A stretch of DNA of 63,988 nucleotides, counting the filler, from an uncultured Methanoregulaceae archaeon (GTDB lineage: Archaea; Halobacteriota; Methanomicrobia; Methanomicrobiales; Methanospirillaceae): assembly GCA_964530035.1 (NCBI GenBank). It is 9 parts of 9 records of this genome, joined end to end, with 100 filler letters (N's around TTAATTAATTAA, not from the genome) between each part and the next. Parts side by side here need not be neighbours in the genome. Positions count along the whole stretch, not along the records: positions 62,142 to 63,988 come from CAZGXZ010000226.1; 8 more parts are not named here. One strand, given 5' to 3'. The notes beneath the pieces are model-generated. The model ran no database searches and was not told where the DNA came from. It saw only the letters and a program-made list of their open reading frames with translations. Of this stretch, positions 62,042 through 63,988 are shown in pieces; position 1 is the stretch's first letter, and each line of letters opens with the position of its first letter. A program made the position numbers and the translations under genes.

Positions 62042-62141
62042 NNNNNNNNNNNNNNNNNNNNNNNNNNNNNNNNNNNNNNNNNNNNTTAATTAATTAANNN
62101 NNNNNNNNNNNNNNNNNNNNNNNNNNNNNNNNNNNNNNNNN
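62042..62141. other. Artificial contig-join spacer
   Basis: N-run with TTAATTAATTAA. Confidence 0.98.
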
Positions 62142-62175
62142 GAGATATCCCGCATTGCTGCACTGCACCCGCCTC

Positions 62176-63465
62176 ATGGCTGCGGTTCTCCTCTCCATCA
62201 CCCTGTCGGCGGCCCCCTGCATCGCTCTCGGGTATATCTACGACCCGGGTCTCGAGCCTGACCTGTCGGCACACGTCCTGGGTGACCCCCGGTATTACCC
62301 TGGCGACACCTTCGCCATGACCGTCGTGCTGACGAACAAGGACCAGGACACCAAGGTCAAGATCGCCCCGCTCCTCCCCCCTGACACCTACGACCCCCGC
62401 ACGGCACTCGGGGTCGTCATGAGCCCCCTGGAGTCCGGTGCACCGGTCACCGTCGAAAGTCCGCCGGTCCTGCTCGGGGATATCGGGGTTGGGGACAAGG
62501 TCCCTCTTACCCTCAGGGGGACCGTTGACGAGAAAGCCCTCCCGGGGACCCACGTCATCCCCCTGGACCTGAAGTACCGTTACGTCTACGCGCTACCGCT
62601 GACTGGAGAAGGTCGTTCGACGGTCCAGCCGCTTTACCGCGAGAGGTCGCTGACCGTTCCGGTCGGGATCACCATCAGGCCCGAGGTCAGGCCGGTGCTC
62701 CTCAACCTGACGCAGGAAAATCTCGTCCCCGGGACCCAGGGATACCTGGCCGCCGAGGTGAAAAATATCGGCCATGAGACAGGAAGCGAGGTCACCTTTA
62801 CCATTGTCCCGTTCGACAACGTGACATTCAAGGTCGTAGAAGGGAGCACGTACGTCGATCGGCTCGGACCTGGGGAGACCACACCGATACGGGTGAGAAT
62901 CGCCGTGAAAGACCATACAGAGGCCGGTGTGTATCCCGCTGTTCTCCAGGGGACGTACCGGGAGAGCGATGGCAGCATCCGGAACACTCCTCCCGTCCCG
63001 GTCGGGATAAAGGTGGCAAAAGGAGCCGAATTCAGGGTGGAGAGCCCGGGTATCGTGATCCACCCGGGTGAATCCGCCATCGTCAATGTTTCGTACACGA
63101 ATACGGGTGATTCCCCTGCAGCAGATGCCGAGGCAAAGGTCATCGGCAGCCATCTCATCGTGCCTGCAAAGGACACCGCCGTGCTCGGGTTCCTCGGGCC
63201 TGGCGAAACACGGACGGTGCAGTTCGAAATTTCTGCAAAATCGGCGATACCGGGGAAACAGTACCCGCTCGATACCGAGGTGAAATACCGGGACGGACTC
63301 GGAGCACAGATGCTCTCGGACAGGGCGAGCCTCGGGGTCAGCGTCCAGTCACCCGAAGGCACCGAGGCAGTAACCGGGAACCGGCCGCTCATGATTGCAC
63401 TCGTGGGCATCGTCGCTATCCTCGCCTATGCCGGGTGGTCTCTTCAGCGAAAATTCAGGAAATAA
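62176..63465 (+). CDS. COG1361-type S-layer domain protein
   Basis: Signal peptide, repeated Ig-like units (YYPGD, VKNIG, YTNTG, LGPGET), C-terminal TM + RKFRK. Confidence 0.85.
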   Translation: MAAVLLSITLSAAPCIALGYIYDPGLEPDLSAHVLGDPRYYPGDTFAMTVVLTNKDQDTKVKIAPLLPPDTYDPRTALGVVMSPLESGAPVTVESPPVLLGDIGVGDKVPLTLRGTVDEKALPGTHVIPLDLKYRYVYALPLTGEGRSTVQPLYRERSLTVPVGITIRPEVRPVLLNLTQENLVPGTQGYLAAEVKNIGHETGSEVTFTIVPFDNVTFKVVEGSTYVDRLGPGETTPIRVRIAVKDHTEAGVYPAVLQGTYRESDGSIRNTPPVPVGIKVAKGAEFRVESPGIVIHPGESAIVNVSYTNTGDSPAADAEAKVIGSHLIVPAKDTAVLGFLGPGETRTVQFEISAKSAIPGKQYPLDTEVKYRDGLGAQMLSDRASLGVSVQSPEGTEAVTGNRPLMIALVGIVAILAYAGWSLQRKFRK

Positions 63466-63469
63466 TTGC

Positions 63470-63988
63470 ACTGTTGAGATCCTATGACTGATATTGCAGC
63501 TGATGGAGGTCTCTTATTACAGGGTAAAAAAATTGAAGAGAGAGAAAATTTCAATGGAACTAAAAATCTCAGTTTTTAACGAATAATTCTTCCTTCCCTG
63601 ACAGGATGAGCAGGTAATCTGTATGGTTGAAGAAACGGGATCTGAAATTTTTCAGACCTTTTTGAATGTTTCCAGACCTTGCCGAATATCCATAGCCTCA
63701 CCTTTCCCTATAATCTTTTAACATCACCCCTTCAGCGGAGGTATACACCCACACCCCCGGAAAGATACCCCGCCGCCCCCGAAGGGCGCCCCGGCGGCGG
63801 TCTCACGACCCTTCATGAATATTCCAAACTGGAAAAAAACACTGAAGGCTCAAAACTACCAAAACCATACCCATAATAACCCTAATAATGGAATCGCCAA
63901 CGGCTTGCCAGGGCTATCGTATGCAGGGGGTTTGGGGGGCAGCAGCCCCCCGGTTCTCATCCATCCACTACCCTGCCCGTTCAAGTTG
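63470..63988. repeat. Dispersed structured non-coding repeat, copy C (runs off window)
   Basis: Colinear with copy B; begins with the ttgcagctgatggag.tctcttat block that ends copies A and B. Confidence 0.9.

Overview
Fragmented draft genome or MAG of a hydrogenotrophic methanogen, most likely Methanomicrobiales (Methanoregulaceae-like). This is inferred from methanogenesis marker 2, MtxX, CfbC, an archaeal histone and the priS-GINS-L44e-S27e-aIF2a-Nop10 cluster. The window is not contiguous chromosome. It is nine unrelated contig pieces joined by 100-nt N spacers containing TTAATTAATTAA, and the seven complete ones are 7.5-7.8 kb in descending length, so gene adjacency across spacers is meaningless. 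Most content is housekeeping: replication, translation, Suf, Hyp, redox and oxidative stress, and signal transduction. No tRNA, rRNA or CRISPR array was recognised. The most unusual signal is a non-coding, highly structured dispersed repeat with a ~534-nt period, seen on three different contigs (46.8k, 55.3-55.9k, 63.5-64k), with no adjacent transposase. Other highlights: (1) an integrated-element-like Hjc-like/wHTH/primase module next to paralogous Cys-Cys-repeat lipoproteins and a pseudogene sharing their 3' tail; (2) a stand-alone PRTase-fold conflict-type protein; (3) a MarR-LonA unit with a palindromic operator; (4) a zinc-ribbon gene that seems to start at CTG; (5) an uncharacterised zinc-ribbon/PKD/membrane gene trio. 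Several real small or partial genes missing from the ORF track were read by hand.
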